From: an uncultured Pelagibacteraceae bacterium
GTDB taxonomy: Bacteria > Pseudomonadota > Alphaproteobacteria > Pelagibacterales > Pelagibacteraceae
Length of the DNA stretch: 64,000 nt
NCBI GenBank assembly: GCA_902571015.1
Contig: CACGAC010000006.1
Location: forward strand, 3,941 to 67,940
Reading direction: 5' to 3'
This document shows, piece after piece, positions 11,708-22,065 of the stretch. How positions within the stretch are numbered: the stretch's first letter is position 1; every line of letters starts with the position of its first letter. A program made the position numbers and the translations under genes. A model generated the notes under the pieces. That model ran no database searches and was not told where the DNA came from. It saw only the letters and a program-made list of their open reading frames with translations.

Positions 11708-13047
11708 TTAAATTTCCAGAGTGTTTTACCATCTTTATCTTCTATTAAAACACCTTTGTCCAAGAGCTCATCTCTAATTCTATCAGCTTCTTTATAGTTC
11801 TTATTTTCTCTAGCTTTGTCTCTTAAACTAAGCATATTTTCAATTTCAGACTCGGTTAAAGATACTCTTTTCTTTTTAAATTCATTCCATTGCTCACCAG
11901 TCTCATTCATCAAACCAATAAATTTGCATGCCGAAACAAATAAGTCTGTGTTTTCACCTTTGTTAGCTTTTTCGAATAACTTATGAAGGTTGGCGATATA
12001 TCCAGGTGTATTTAAATCCTCATAAAGTGGTTTTAGAATTTCATCTGAAACTTTGACAGATTTAAGATCAGATGAATATACTTTATACCACTTATCTAGA
12101 GTGCTTTCACAATCACTTAATAATTTGTCGTTCCAATCTAATGGTTGCTTATAATGTGCACTCATTAAAGCCAATCTGATTATTTGTCCACTAATCTTAT
12201 TTCTAAAATCTTTTATTTTTAGAATGTTACCTTGTGACTTAGCCATTTTTTCATTAGACATAGTGATAAAGGCATTATGCACCCAGTAATTTGCAAAAAC
12301 TTTTGTATCATTAGCACATCTGGATTGGGCTATTTCATTTTCATGATGAGGAAAAATAAGATCAATACCTCCACCATGAATATCAAATTCATTGCCTAAA
12401 AATTTTTTTGACATAGCTGAACACTCTAAATGCCATCCTGGTCTACCTTTGCCCCAGGGTGAATCCCAAGCAGGTTCATCATTATTTGATGGTTTCCACA
12501 GAACAAAATCCTCAGAATTTTTTTTATTTTCACTGATTTCTACTCTAGATCCAGCAATTAAATCCTCTAAATTTTTATTTGATAATTTTCCATAATCAGG
12601 AAATTTTTTGACCTCAAAATAAACATGCTTTTTATTTTCATACGCAAATCCTTTTTTAATTAAATCATTTATCATTTCAATCATTAGCTCAATATGTTCT
12701 GTCGCTTTTGGCTGATGAGTAGGATTTTCACAATTTAAAAATTCACAATCTTTAAAAAAACTTGAAGTTATTTTTTCTGTGAGTTCTTTAGTAGAAATTT
12801 TTTGCTCTTGTGAGGATTTAATTATTTTATCATCAATGTCGGTTATATTTCTTACATATGTTACTGAGGGAAATTCATTTTTTAATAATTTAAATAAAAT
12901 ATCAAAAATTACTAAGGGTCTTGCGTTCCCTATATGAGGATTATCATAAACTGTTGGTCCGCAAACGTACATTCCAACATTTTTTTTTTCTTTTGGAACA
13001 AAGTGCTCTTTTTTATTACTCAAATTATTTGTTAAAAAAATATCCAT
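11704..13047 (-). CDS. cysS: Cysteine--tRNA ligase
   Basis: YVCGPTVYD, HIGN, GRPGWHLECSAM, KMAKS. Confidence 0.98.
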   Translation of the reverse strand: MDIFLTNNLSNKKEHFVPKEKKNVGMYVCGPTVYDNPHIGNARPLVIFDILFKLLKNEFPSVTYVRNITDIDDKIIKSSQEQKISTKELTEKITSSFFKDCEFLNCENPTHQPKATEHIELMIEMINDLIKKGFAYENKKHVYFEVKKFPDYGKLSNKNLEDLIAGSRVEISENKKNSEDFVLWKPSNNDEPAWDSPWGKGRPGWHLECSAMSKKFLGNEFDIHGGGIDLIFPHHENEIAQSRCANDTKVFANYWVHNAFITMSNEKMAKSQGNILKIKDFRNKISGQIIRLALMSAHYKQPLDWNDKLLSDCESTLDKWYKVYSSDLKSVKVSDEILKPLYEDLNTPGYIANLHKLFEKANKGENTDLFVSACKFIGLMNETGEQWNEFKKKRVSLTESEIENMLSLRDKARENKNYKEADRIRDELLDKGVLIEDKDGKTLWKFK

Positions 13048-13098
13048 ATCAGCTGATTAAGAAATATACCTTATTTAATGATTTGTTAATCTAATTGA

Positions 13099-13836
13099 TT
13101 AACTAGGAATCTTGCAAACTGGAATTGGCTCCATTTTATGCAAGTTTTGATTTCGAATTTTTTCGTATTGTTCTCTGTGAGGCGAATTTGGGTTGCCCAT
13201 TGCGTCTTCAAGTTCTGAATAATTGAATCCTAACTGACCTTCATCTGTTCTTCCATCATCCCATAATCCGTCGGTTGGTGGAGCATCAATAATTTCTTTT
13301 AATATACCTAATTCTTTGCCAAGTTCCCATACTTCGGTTTTATTACAATCTGCTATAGGAGATATATCAACACCACCATCTCCATATTTAGTATAAAAAC
13401 CTACTCCAAAATCCTCTACTTTATTTCCTGTTCCAACTACAATGCCTTTATTTGCTGCTGCAACTTGATAAAGAGTAGTCATTCTAAGTCTAGCTCTAGA
13501 GTTAGCAAAACCATGTTCATTATCAAATTTATTTAGGGTTGTTGAAAATGTTTCAAAAAGTTTGTCTAAACTTAAAGTATGCGCTTCAACATTTTTAAAA
13601 TTTTTTACCAGCCATTGTTGATGCTTCAAACTAAGATCATGTTGATTTTCTTTTTGTTTAATCGGCATTGTTAAAACAATAGTTTTTATCCCAGTCATCG
13701 CACTCAGAGTGCTTGAAACTGATGAATCTATACCACCAGATATTCCAATGACTAATGATTGTGCCTTGTTTGGCATTTGATCAACGTATTTTTTGATCCA
13801 ATTAGAGATAAATTTTACTTTTTCTGATGGTAGCAT
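13099..13836 (-). CDS. nadE: NH3-dependent NAD+ synthetase
   Basis: GISGGIDSS, NSRARLRM, GTGNKVE, TKYGDGG, PTDGLW; no glutaminase domain. Confidence 0.93.
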   Translation of the reverse strand: MLPSEKVKFISNWIKKYVDQMPNKAQSLVIGISGGIDSSVSSTLSAMTGIKTIVLTMPIKQKENQHDLSLKHQQWLVKNFKNVEAHTLSLDKLFETFSTTLNKFDNEHGFANSRARLRMTTLYQVAAANKGIVVGTGNKVEDFGVGFYTKYGDGGVDISPIADCNKTEVWELGKELGILKEIIDAPPTDGLWDDGRTDEGQLGFNYSELEDAMGNPNSPHREQYEKIRNQNLHKMEPIPVCKIPS

Positions 13837-13874
13837 ATCAAATATCTAACTATCTTAAAATTTTATGCAATAGC

Positions 13875-15254
13875 TTAAGATGCCGCTTGAATAGCATTTT
13901 TAGAATAGCTGCTATTCTTTTTAATCTCATCAGAAATTAAAAAGGCTAATTCTAAAGCCTGATCTGAATTCAATCTTGGGTCACAATGAGTGTGATATCT
14001 ACTTGATAAATCAGCATCAGATATTTTTCTAGCTCCACCTGTACACTCTGTCACATCTTGGCCAGTCATTTCAACATGTAAACCACCTGCGTATGATCCC
14101 TCAGACTGATGGACGCCAAAAACATTTTTGACCTCATTAACTACATTGTTAAATGGTCTCGTTTTAAAACCAGTAGTTGATACAATTGTATTCCCATGCA
14201 TTGGATCACATGACCAAATAACATTAAGACCCTCTTTTTTAATTCGTCTAATTAACTTTGGTAAAAACTTTTCTACATTTTGATGACCAAATCTTGAAAT
14301 TAAAGTTATTTTGCCTTTTTCATTTTTTGGATTTAATACTTCACAAATTTTTGCAATCTCCTCAGGTTTAGAAGTAGGACCACACTTTATTCCAATAGGA
14401 TTTTCTATTCCTCTACAAAATTCAACATGTCCACCATCTAACTGTCTTGTTCTATCACCAATCCAGACAAAATGAGCAGATGTATCGTGATACTCACCAG
14501 TAGTAGAGTCTACTCTAGTCATACTTTCCTCAAAGGGTAAGTGCAACGCTTCATGTGATGTCCAGAAATTTACAGTGTATAATCTATTATTAAAGTCTGA
14601 AGTTATTCCACATGCTTCCATAAAAGCTAGTGCATCAGCAATTTTGTCCTCTAGGTCTTTAAATTTTTTCGCTTGAGGACTTTTTTTAATGTAATCTAAA
14701 TTCCATAAATGAACTTTATTCAAATCTGCAAAACCACCTTTTGAAAATGCTCTAAGTAAATTAAGCGTTGAAGCTGATTGAGAATACGCTTTGTACATTC
14801 TTTTTGGATCAGGTCTTCTAGCTTTTTCGTTAAAGTCTATTGCATTAATGTTATCACCTAAATAACTTGGTAATTCTACATCACCTTGTTTTTCTGTTGG
14901 AGCACTTCTTGGTTTAGAAAACTGTCCAGCAATCCTTCCAAGTTTTACAATAGGTAAAGACGCAGAATATGTCATCACCAAGGCCATTTGAAGAATCACT
15001 TTAAAAGTATCTCTTATATTGTCAGGATGAAATTCTGCAAAACTTTCGGCACAGTCACCGCCTTGCAATAAAAAAGCTTTGCCATCAACTACTTTAGATA
15101 ATTGATCTTTTAAATGCCTTGTCTCACCTGCAAATACAAGTGGTGGAAATGTTTTTAATTTATTTAAAACACTATTAAGCTCCTTCTCATCACCATACGT
15201 TGGTATGTGTTTGACAGGATACTTTCTCCAGCTATTTACTTTCCAATTTTTCAT
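13875..15254 (-). CDS. Class II DAHP synthase
   Basis: LLQGGDCAESF, GRIAGQFSKPRS, WIGDRTRQ, CDPMHGNT, CDPRLN. Confidence 0.95.
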   Translation of the reverse strand: MKNWKVNSWRKYPVKHIPTYGDEKELNSVLNKLKTFPPLVFAGETRHLKDQLSKVVDGKAFLLQGGDCAESFAEFHPDNIRDTFKVILQMALVMTYSASLPIVKLGRIAGQFSKPRSAPTEKQGDVELPSYLGDNINAIDFNEKARRPDPKRMYKAYSQSASTLNLLRAFSKGGFADLNKVHLWNLDYIKKSPQAKKFKDLEDKIADALAFMEACGITSDFNNRLYTVNFWTSHEALHLPFEESMTRVDSTTGEYHDTSAHFVWIGDRTRQLDGGHVEFCRGIENPIGIKCGPTSKPEEIAKICEVLNPKNEKGKITLISRFGHQNVEKFLPKLIRRIKKEGLNVIWSCDPMHGNTIVSTTGFKTRPFNNVVNEVKNVFGVHQSEGSYAGGLHVEMTGQDVTECTGGARKISDADLSSRYHTHCDPRLNSDQALELAFLISDEIKKNSSYSKNAIQAAS

Positions 15255-15289
15255 GTTCAACTCAGGATTGTTGTATCAGAGTTTTTCTA

Positions 15290-17110
15290 TTATTCAACGG
15301 TTACTGATTTAGCTAAATTTCTAGGCTTATCTATATCAAATCCTTTTTTTAGAGCAGAATAATAGGCTAATTTTTGTAAAGGAATAGTTAAAAGAAAGGG
15401 CAAAAGATCCTCATTAGCACTTTCAACTTCTATTTTTTCCCAAATATTTTCCGAAACCACTTCATCACTACTTTTATTTGTTACTAACAAAACTTTTGCT
15501 CCTCTTGCAATAACTTCCTGCATATTAGAAATAGTTTTTTTATAATAATTGTCTCTTGGTGCTAATACAACAACTGGCATTCCTTCTTCAATAAGAGCAA
15601 GCGGTCCATGTTTCATTTCACCAGCTGGATAGCCTTCAGCATGGATATAAGATAGTTCTTTTAATTTTAATGCACCTTCTAATGCTATTGGGAAAGAAAA
15701 ACCTCTTCCTAAAAACATTGAACCTTTAGCATCATTAAACGTATTAGATATTGTCTGTATCTTATTATCGGTCAACAAAGTCTTTTCTGCTAATTTAGGA
15801 AGAGATTTAAGGTCTTTAAGTTTTTCATTAAATAACTCTTTTTTTAAATCTTTTCTTAAAAATCCTAGTTTTAAAGCTAAAATGTATAATATAAGGATTT
15901 GACCCAGAAAGGCTTTGGTAGATGCAACACCTATCTCAGTCCCACAATGTATTGGTAAAACAAATTTAGAGTCTCTAGCAATCGAACTTTCAATTACATT
16001 TACAACCGCACATGTTTTCATATCATTTTGATTACATAAATCTAATGCTGCATAAGTATCTGCAGTTTCACCAGATTGAGATACAAATATATATAAAGTT
16101 TCTTTTTTAAATCTGTTTTTTCTGTATCTAAACTCTGACGCAATATCTACATTAACATCTAATGAGGTTAACTCTTCGAACCAGTATTTTGCAAGTAGAC
16201 AAGAATGATAAGCTGTTCCACAACCAATTAGAGTTACTGAAGAAATTTCATTTGTTTTCCAAGGAAAATTATAAATATTAATATCATTATTTAATGTATC
16301 TACATATTCATTAATTCCATTTTTTAACGTTGTCGGTTGTTCCTCTATTTCTTTAGCCATGAAATGTTTATAATCACCTTTGTCATATTTTTCATCTTCA
16401 AGAGATAATTCTAAAACTTTTTTATTTATCTTATCTCCATCCTCATTAAAAAATTCAACATGATCTTTTCTTACAATACAGAATTCACCATCATTTAAAT
16501 AAGTAATCTTATTCGTCATTGCTTTAAGTGCATATGAGTCTGAACCTAAATAATTTTCATTTGGACCATACCCCACAGCTAATGGAGATCCTCTTCTTGC
16601 ACCAACAATCAAATCAGGTTGATCTTTAAATATTATACCTAGCGCAAAACTACCATGGAGAGATTTGAGAGTTTTTTTTATTGAATTAACAATATTTTCA
16701 GTTTTTAAATTTTCTGTAATCAAATGTACAATCACTTCAGTATCAGTTTGTGACTTAAATTTATGACCCTTGCTTACCAAAAATTTTTTTAATAAAGTAG
16801 AATTTTCAATTATTCCATTATGAACTACAGAAACATTTTGTGAAGAGTGAGGATGAGCATTAATACTATTTGGCAATCCATGGGTAGCCCAACGAACATG
16901 TCCTATACCAATGGTTCCCTCCATTTTTTGAACTAATAGATTATTTTCAAGATTATCAACTCTGCCTTCAGATTTAACTTCGTTAATTTCATTGTTTGAA
17001 AGCGTTGCTATACCTGCTGAATCATATCCTCTGTATTCTAATTTTTTTAAAGAACTGATAATTGTTGATGAAACAGGTCTATTACTATTTATTCCTATAA
17101 TGCCACACAT
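15290..17110 (-). CDS. glmS: Glutamine--fructose-6-phosphate aminotransferase
   Basis: MCGI start, LEYRGYDSAG, GHVRWATHG, SQSGETADT, PRNLAKSVTVE. Confidence 0.98.
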   Translation of the reverse strand: MCGIIGINSNRPVSSTIISSLKKLEYRGYDSAGIATLSNNEINEVKSEGRVDNLENNLLVQKMEGTIGIGHVRWATHGLPNSINAHPHSSQNVSVVHNGIIENSTLLKKFLVSKGHKFKSQTDTEVIVHLITENLKTENIVNSIKKTLKSLHGSFALGIIFKDQPDLIVGARRGSPLAVGYGPNENYLGSDSYALKAMTNKITYLNDGEFCIVRKDHVEFFNEDGDKINKKVLELSLEDEKYDKGDYKHFMAKEIEEQPTTLKNGINEYVDTLNNDINIYNFPWKTNEISSVTLIGCGTAYHSCLLAKYWFEELTSLDVNVDIASEFRYRKNRFKKETLYIFVSQSGETADTYAALDLCNQNDMKTCAVVNVIESSIARDSKFVLPIHCGTEIGVASTKAFLGQILILYILALKLGFLRKDLKKELFNEKLKDLKSLPKLAEKTLLTDNKIQTISNTFNDAKGSMFLGRGFSFPIALEGALKLKELSYIHAEGYPAGEMKHGPLALIEEGMPVVVLAPRDNYYKKTISNMQEVIARGAKVLLVTNKSSDEVVSENIWEKIEVESANEDLLPFLLTIPLQKLAYYSALKKGFDIDKPRNLAKSVTVE

Positions 17111-17112
17111 AA

Positions 17113-17736
17113 TTATTTAGATTTTCTTTTATAATTTTTTACCTCTAGTTGTTGGCTTCTAGTGAGCGCTAGAGATTTTTTACTTACATTCCTGGTAATT
17201 ACTGATCCTGCTCCAACTATACTATTTTCTGCAAGTGTAATTGGGGCTACTAAAGAAGAGTTAGAGCCAATAAAAACATTATCTTTTATTCTAGTTTTAT
17301 ATTTTTTAATTCCATCATAGTTGCACGTAATTGTCCCCGCTCCAACGTTAACTGATTTACCAATTGAAGTGTCGCCAATATAAGTTAAATGATTTACCTT
17401 AGATTTTTTTCCAAGAGTGCTTTTTTTAATTTCAACAAAATTCCCAATCTTAGACCCCTCTTTTAAAGTAGTGCCAGGTCTTATTCTTGCATATGGACCT
17501 ATTTCAACTTTATTTTCAATTTTACATTTCTCTAAATGACTGAAGGATTTAATAGTAACATTGTTTCCAATTATCACTTTTGATCCAATAACTACATATG
17601 GTTCTATGGTCACATTTTTTCCAATTTTCGTATCTTTAGAAAAATAGATTGTTTCTGGAGCAATCATATTTACTTTAGATTTTAAGAATTTTATTCTCAG
17701 TGAATTTTGAAGTTTATTTATATTTAACTGTTTCAT
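17113..17736 (-). CDS. glmU: Stand-alone GlmU C-terminal domain (glucosamine-1-phosphate N-acetyltransferase); uridyltransferase domain absent
   Basis: Hexapeptide repeats with [35 protein letters not shown]; only 207 aa; upstream of glmS. Confidence 0.85.
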   Translation of the reverse strand: MKQLNINKLQNSLRIKFLKSKVNMIAPETIYFSKDTKIGKNVTIEPYVVIGSKVIIGNNVTIKSFSHLEKCKIENKVEIGPYARIRPGTTLKEGSKIGNFVEIKKSTLGKKSKVNHLTYIGDTSIGKSVNVGAGTITCNYDGIKKYKTRIKDNVFIGSNSSLVAPITLAENSIVGAGSVITRNVSKKSLALTRSQQLEVKNYKRKSK

Positions 17737-17807
17737 ATAGAAAATTACTTACATTAAGTATATATCTTTCTTAATTCACAAAATATTTCTTAAAAATACT
17801 TTTAATT

Positions 17808-18491
17808 ATGAAACAAATTTTTACAATTCTTTTTGATTTGGATGGCACTTTAGTGGATACAGCTCCTGACTTAATGAGAGCCCACAATCATGTTATGAGT
17901 AAATTTGGATATCCAACCAAGTCTACTGAGGAAATAAGAAACTTGGTGGGCCAAGGTGCTGGTGCAATGCTTGGTCGATCTATATGGGGTCAGGCAAAAA
18001 AAGAATTTGGAAAAGTCCAAGATGAAAAAATTAAAAAAGAAATGGTCAAGGAATTTGTAGAGTATTACGGAAATAATATTGTAAATGAAAGTAAATTAAT
18101 TGATGGAGTTAAAGATTTTTTAATATGGTCAAAAGAAAAAAAGATTTCAATGGGTGTTTGCACAAACAAACAAGAACATCTAGCAATTGATCTTTTAAAA
18201 AAAATTGGAATTTATGATTTTTTTGAATATGTGGCGGGTCACAATACATTTGATTATTGTAAACCTGATCCAAGACACTTAACGTCTGTAGTTGAAATTT
18301 TAGATGGGGATCTTAAAAAAACTTTAATGATTGGCGATAGTGAAACAGATGCTAATGCCGCAAAAGCTGCTGGAATTCCAGTTATTTTACTTGAGGATGG
18401 TTATACGGAAAAAAATACAACTGAAATTTACCATAATCACTTAATAAAAGACTTCATTGGTATTGAAAAAATCGTAACAAAATATCTTTAA
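17808..18491 (+). CDS. gph: HAD-IA hydrolase, phosphoglycolate phosphatase-like
   Basis: FDLDGTLVDT, CTNK, KPDP, MIGDSETD. Confidence 0.8.
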   Translation: MKQIFTILFDLDGTLVDTAPDLMRAHNHVMSKFGYPTKSTEEIRNLVGQGAGAMLGRSIWGQAKKEFGKVQDEKIKKEMVKEFVEYYGNNIVNESKLIDGVKDFLIWSKEKKISMGVCTNKQEHLAIDLLKKIGIYDFFEYVAGHNTFDYCKPDPRHLTSVVEILDGDLKKTLMIGDSETDANAAKAAGIPVILLEDGYTEKNTTEIYHNHLIKDFIGIEKIVTKYL

Positions 18492-18542
18492 TATTGATTA
18501 TTTTTTTTTAACTATTAGAACAGTTTTCAATTAGGAGTTATT

Positions 18543-20045
18543 TTGATCATACATAACGTAAAAGTTTTCCCATCTAAAGTTCATTTACCCAAAAAAAAAC
18601 AGCTGGCTTGGAAAATTGCAGAGATTGCAAGTGATAATGCAAAGTTAGATAAAGAAGCAATAGAAATGGTGATTAATAGAATTATTGATAATGCTTCAGT
18701 TGCAATAGCTTCTTTAAATAGACTTCCAGTTATTTCATCCCGAGAGATGGCCCTAAAGCATTTAAGAAAAAATGGTGCAACATTATTTGGAGTTGATAAT
18801 AAATTAAAATTTGATTGTGAATGGGCGGCATGGAGCAACGGAACAGCTGTAAGAGAACTTGATTTTCATGACACATTTTTAGCAGCTGATTACAGTCATC
18901 CTGGTGATAATATTCCTCCCCTTATAAGTGTTGCACAACAAAATAAAAAAAGCGGGTTAGATCTTTTAAGAGGGATAATTACTGCTTATGAAGTGCAAGT
19001 TAATTTAGTTAAAGGAATTTGTTTACATAAACATAAAGTAGACCACATCGCTCACTTAGGACCAAGTGTTGCCGCTGGAATAGGATCGATGTTAAGACTA
19101 AATACAGAAACAATCTATCAAGCTGTTCAACAAGCTCTGCACACAACTATTTCAACAAGACAGTCTAGAAAAGGAGAAATCTCTAGTTGGAAAGCTTATG
19201 CCCCAGCGCATGCTGGTAAACTTGCAATCGAGGCTGTGGATAGAGTTATGCGTGGCGAAGGTGCTCCAAGTCCAATTTATGAAGGTGAAGATAGTGTTAT
19301 CGCACGAATCTTGGATGGAAAAAAAGCTCTATATAGAGTTCCACTTCCAAAAAAAAACGAGACTAAGAAAGCTATTCTTGAAACTTACACAAAAGAATAT
19401 TCTGCCGAATATCAATCTCAAGCATTAATTGATCTTGCAAAAAAACTTAAAAATAAAATATCAAATCTAAATCATATAAAAAAAATTGATATTTATACCA
19501 GTCATCATACTCATTATGTAATTGGTACAGGTGCAAACGATCCTCAAAAAATGGATCCAAATGCAAGTAGAGAAACGTTAGATCATTCAATAATGTATAT
19601 ATTTGCTGTAGCTTTAGAAGATGGTAGTTGGCATCATGTAAAATCTTATTCGAAAGCCAGAGCAAAAAGAAAAAGTACAATTAAGATATGGAGATCAATC
19701 AAAACCCATGAGGATAGAAAATGGACCAAAAGATATCATGACCCAAACCCCAGAAAAAAAGCTTTTGGTGCAAAAGTCATAATTACCCTTAAAAATGGAA
19801 AAAAAATTACCGAAGAACAAGGAGTTGCAGATGCTCATCCTTATGGCTCAAGACCATTCAAGAGAAAAAATTATATAAACAAATTTTTAACACTTACCGA
19901 GAATATTTTAGATAAAAAAGAAATAGAAAGATTTTTAAAAACAGTGCAAAACTTAAGAAAACTAAAGTCAGGTCAATTAGATAGATTGAATATTGTTGTT
20001 AAAAAGAGCAAAATTAAACGAAATTTAAAAAAAGGAATTTTTTAA
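18543..20045 (+). CDS. prpD: 2-methylcitrate dehydratase, MmgE/PrpD family
   Basis: [32 protein letters not shown]; TTG start with AGGAG Shine-Dalgarno. Confidence 0.9.
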   Translation: MIIHNVKVFPSKVHLPKKKQLAWKIAEIASDNAKLDKEAIEMVINRIIDNASVAIASLNRLPVISSREMALKHLRKNGATLFGVDNKLKFDCEWAAWSNGTAVRELDFHDTFLAADYSHPGDNIPPLISVAQQNKKSGLDLLRGIITAYEVQVNLVKGICLHKHKVDHIAHLGPSVAAGIGSMLRLNTETIYQAVQQALHTTISTRQSRKGEISSWKAYAPAHAGKLAIEAVDRVMRGEGAPSPIYEGEDSVIARILDGKKALYRVPLPKKNETKKAILETYTKEYSAEYQSQALIDLAKKLKNKISNLNHIKKIDIYTSHHTHYVIGTGANDPQKMDPNASRETLDHSIMYIFAVALEDGSWHHVKSYSKARAKRKSTIKIWRSIKTHEDRKWTKRYHDPNPRKKAFGAKVIITLKNGKKITEEQGVADAHPYGSRPFKRKNYINKFLTLTENILDKKEIERFLKTVQNLRKLKSGQLDRLNIVVKKSKIKRNLKKGIF

Positions 20046-20941
20046 TGCATTTTGTCGAAAAAGAACCAATACAAAAAAGAAAAGATTTTACGGATAAATT
20101 AAAATCTAAGAAAATATTAAGAGTTCCTGGTGCTTATAATCCTTTAACAGCAAAATTAATTGAGGAGATTGGTTATGATGCTGTTTATGTTTCAGGGGGT
20201 GTTATGGCAAATGATCTTGGATTTCCTGATATTGGATTAACCACACTGCAAGATGTTAGTACGCGGTCGTACTTAATTTCTAGAGTTACAAATCTTCCTA
20301 CAATTGTAGATATAGATACAGGGTTTAAATCATGTAAAGAAACTATAGAAACTTTTGAAGAGTTTGGAATTACTGGAGTTCATTTAGAAGATCAAATTGA
20401 AAGAAAAAGATGTGGACACCTAGATAATAAAGAATTGATATCCACAGATGCAATGGTGAAAAAAATTAAAGAATGTGTTTCCGCAAAAAAAGATGAAAAT
20501 TTTAAAATTATTGCAAGATCCGATGCAAAAAGTGTAGAGGGAATTGATAAAATGATCGAGAGATGTAAGGCTTATATCGATGCCGGAGCAGAAATTATTT
20601 TTCCTGAGGCGCTTCATGATGAAAAGGATTTTGAAAAAGTTAGAAAAGAATTATCGTGTTATTTGTTAGCGAATATGACTGAGTTTGGAAAAACTAAATT
20701 ATTAAATTATAAACAATTAGAAGAAATGGGTTACAACATCGTTATTTATCCTGTTACAACTCAAAGGTTAGCAATGAAAAACGTTGAGGATGGTTTGAGG
20801 GACATTTATGCAAATGGACACCAAAACAACATTATTGATAAAATGCAAACTAGAAAACGTTTATATGATCTTGTGGATTACGAGAAATATAATAGTTTAG
20901 ACGAAAAAATTTATAACTTTAACACCGATGGTCACGAATAA
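20045..20941 (+). CDS. prpB: Methylisocitrate lyase
   Basis: PGAYN, DIGLTT, DIDTG, LEDQ..RKRCGH, LANMTEFGKT. Confidence 0.92.
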   Translation: MHFVEKEPIQKRKDFTDKLKSKKILRVPGAYNPLTAKLIEEIGYDAVYVSGGVMANDLGFPDIGLTTLQDVSTRSYLISRVTNLPTIVDIDTGFKSCKETIETFEEFGITGVHLEDQIERKRCGHLDNKELISTDAMVKKIKECVSAKKDENFKIIARSDAKSVEGIDKMIERCKAYIDAGAEIIFPEALHDEKDFEKVRKELSCYLLANMTEFGKTKLLNYKQLEEMGYNIVIYPVTTQRLAMKNVEDGLRDIYANGHQNNIIDKMQTRKRLYDLVDYEKYNSLDEKIYNFNTDGHE

Positions 20942-22065
20942 TGAGTGATGATATTAAAAAAGGCTTATTAGGAATTGTTGTAGACGAAACAGAAGTCTCA
21001 AAAGTAATGCCTGAAATTAACTCTCTAACTTATAGAGGTTATGCTGCTCAAGATCTTTGTGAATATTGTAGATTTGAGGAAGTGGCTTATCTAATTTTAA
21101 ATAAAGATTTACCGAATACTATTCAGCTTAGAAAATTTGAAAAGGAAGAGAAAAATAATAGAGAATTATCTAAAGATTTATACTCGGTTATAAAAAAAAT
21201 GCCTAAAAAATCTCATCCTATGGATGTGGCCAGAACTGCTGTGAGTATTATGGGTTTAGAGGATAAAGAAACAACTGACTCCTCTCCTGAAGCAAATATG
21301 AGAAAAGCGGTTAGAATTCTTGCAAAAACTCCTACTGCATTAGCTGCCTTCTACAGAATTAGAAAAGGTAAAAAAATTATCAAACCCAAAAAAAATTTAA
21401 ATATAGCAGAAAACTTCTTTTACATGTGTTTTGGAAAAGTACCTCAAAAAGAAATAGTAAAAGCTTTTGATGTGTCTTTAATATTATATGCAGAGCATAG
21501 CTTTAACGTTTCAACTTTTACTGCAAGAACTATTACCAGTAGCTTGTCTGATATTCACGGTGCAATTACTGGGGCGATAGCAAGTTTAAAAGGTCCATTA
21601 CATGGCGGAGCTAATGAGGAAGTAATGCATATGATGAACAAAATTAAGGATCCTAAAAACGCTCTTAAATGGATAAATGATGCCTTAGATAACAAAGAGG
21701 TTGTTATGGGTTTTGGCCATAGAGTTTACAAAAGTGGAGATTCAAGAGTTCCTACAATGAGAAAATATTTCTCTAAAGTAGCAAAAATTAAAAAAGATAA
21801 AAAATTTGAAAAAATTTACGACATTGTTGAAAAAGTAATGATTGAGAGAAAAAACATCCATCCAAACGTGGATTATCCAACTGGACCTACTTATCACTTG
21901 ATGGGTTTTGATACAGATTTCTTTACACCAATATTCGTTATTTCAAGAATAACTGGTTGGTCAGCACATATAATGGAGCAACATGCTGCAAATAAACTGA
22001 TCAGACCTCTTGCAAGTTACAAAGGTAACAAGCACAGAAAAGTTTTACAATTAAATCAAAGATAA
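20941..22065 (+). CDS. prpC: 2-methylcitrate synthase
   Basis: LYAEHSFNVSTF, GPLHGGANE, MGFGHRVY, PNVDY; third gene of a prpD-prpB-prpC run. Confidence 0.9.
   Translation: MSDDIKKGLLGIVVDETEVSKVMPEINSLTYRGYAAQDLCEYCRFEEVAYLILNKDLPNTIQLRKFEKEEKNNRELSKDLYSVIKKMPKKSHPMDVARTAVSIMGLEDKETTDSSPEANMRKAVRILAKTPTALAAFYRIRKGKKIIKPKKNLNIAENFFYMCFGKVPQKEIVKAFDVSLILYAEHSFNVSTFTARTITSSLSDIHGAITGAIASLKGPLHGGANEEVMHMMNKIKDPKNALKWINDALDNKEVVMGFGHRVYKSGDSRVPTMRKYFSKVAKIKKDKKFEKIYDIVEKVMIERKNIHPNVDYPTGPTYHLMGFDTDFFTPIFVISRITGWSAHIMEQHAANKLIRPLASYKGNKHRKVLQLNQR

Noticed and set aside
17113-17736. glmU as a pseudogene
   Set aside because: Clean start at a domain boundary, intact catalytic motifs, tight coupling to glmS and no upstream remnant.
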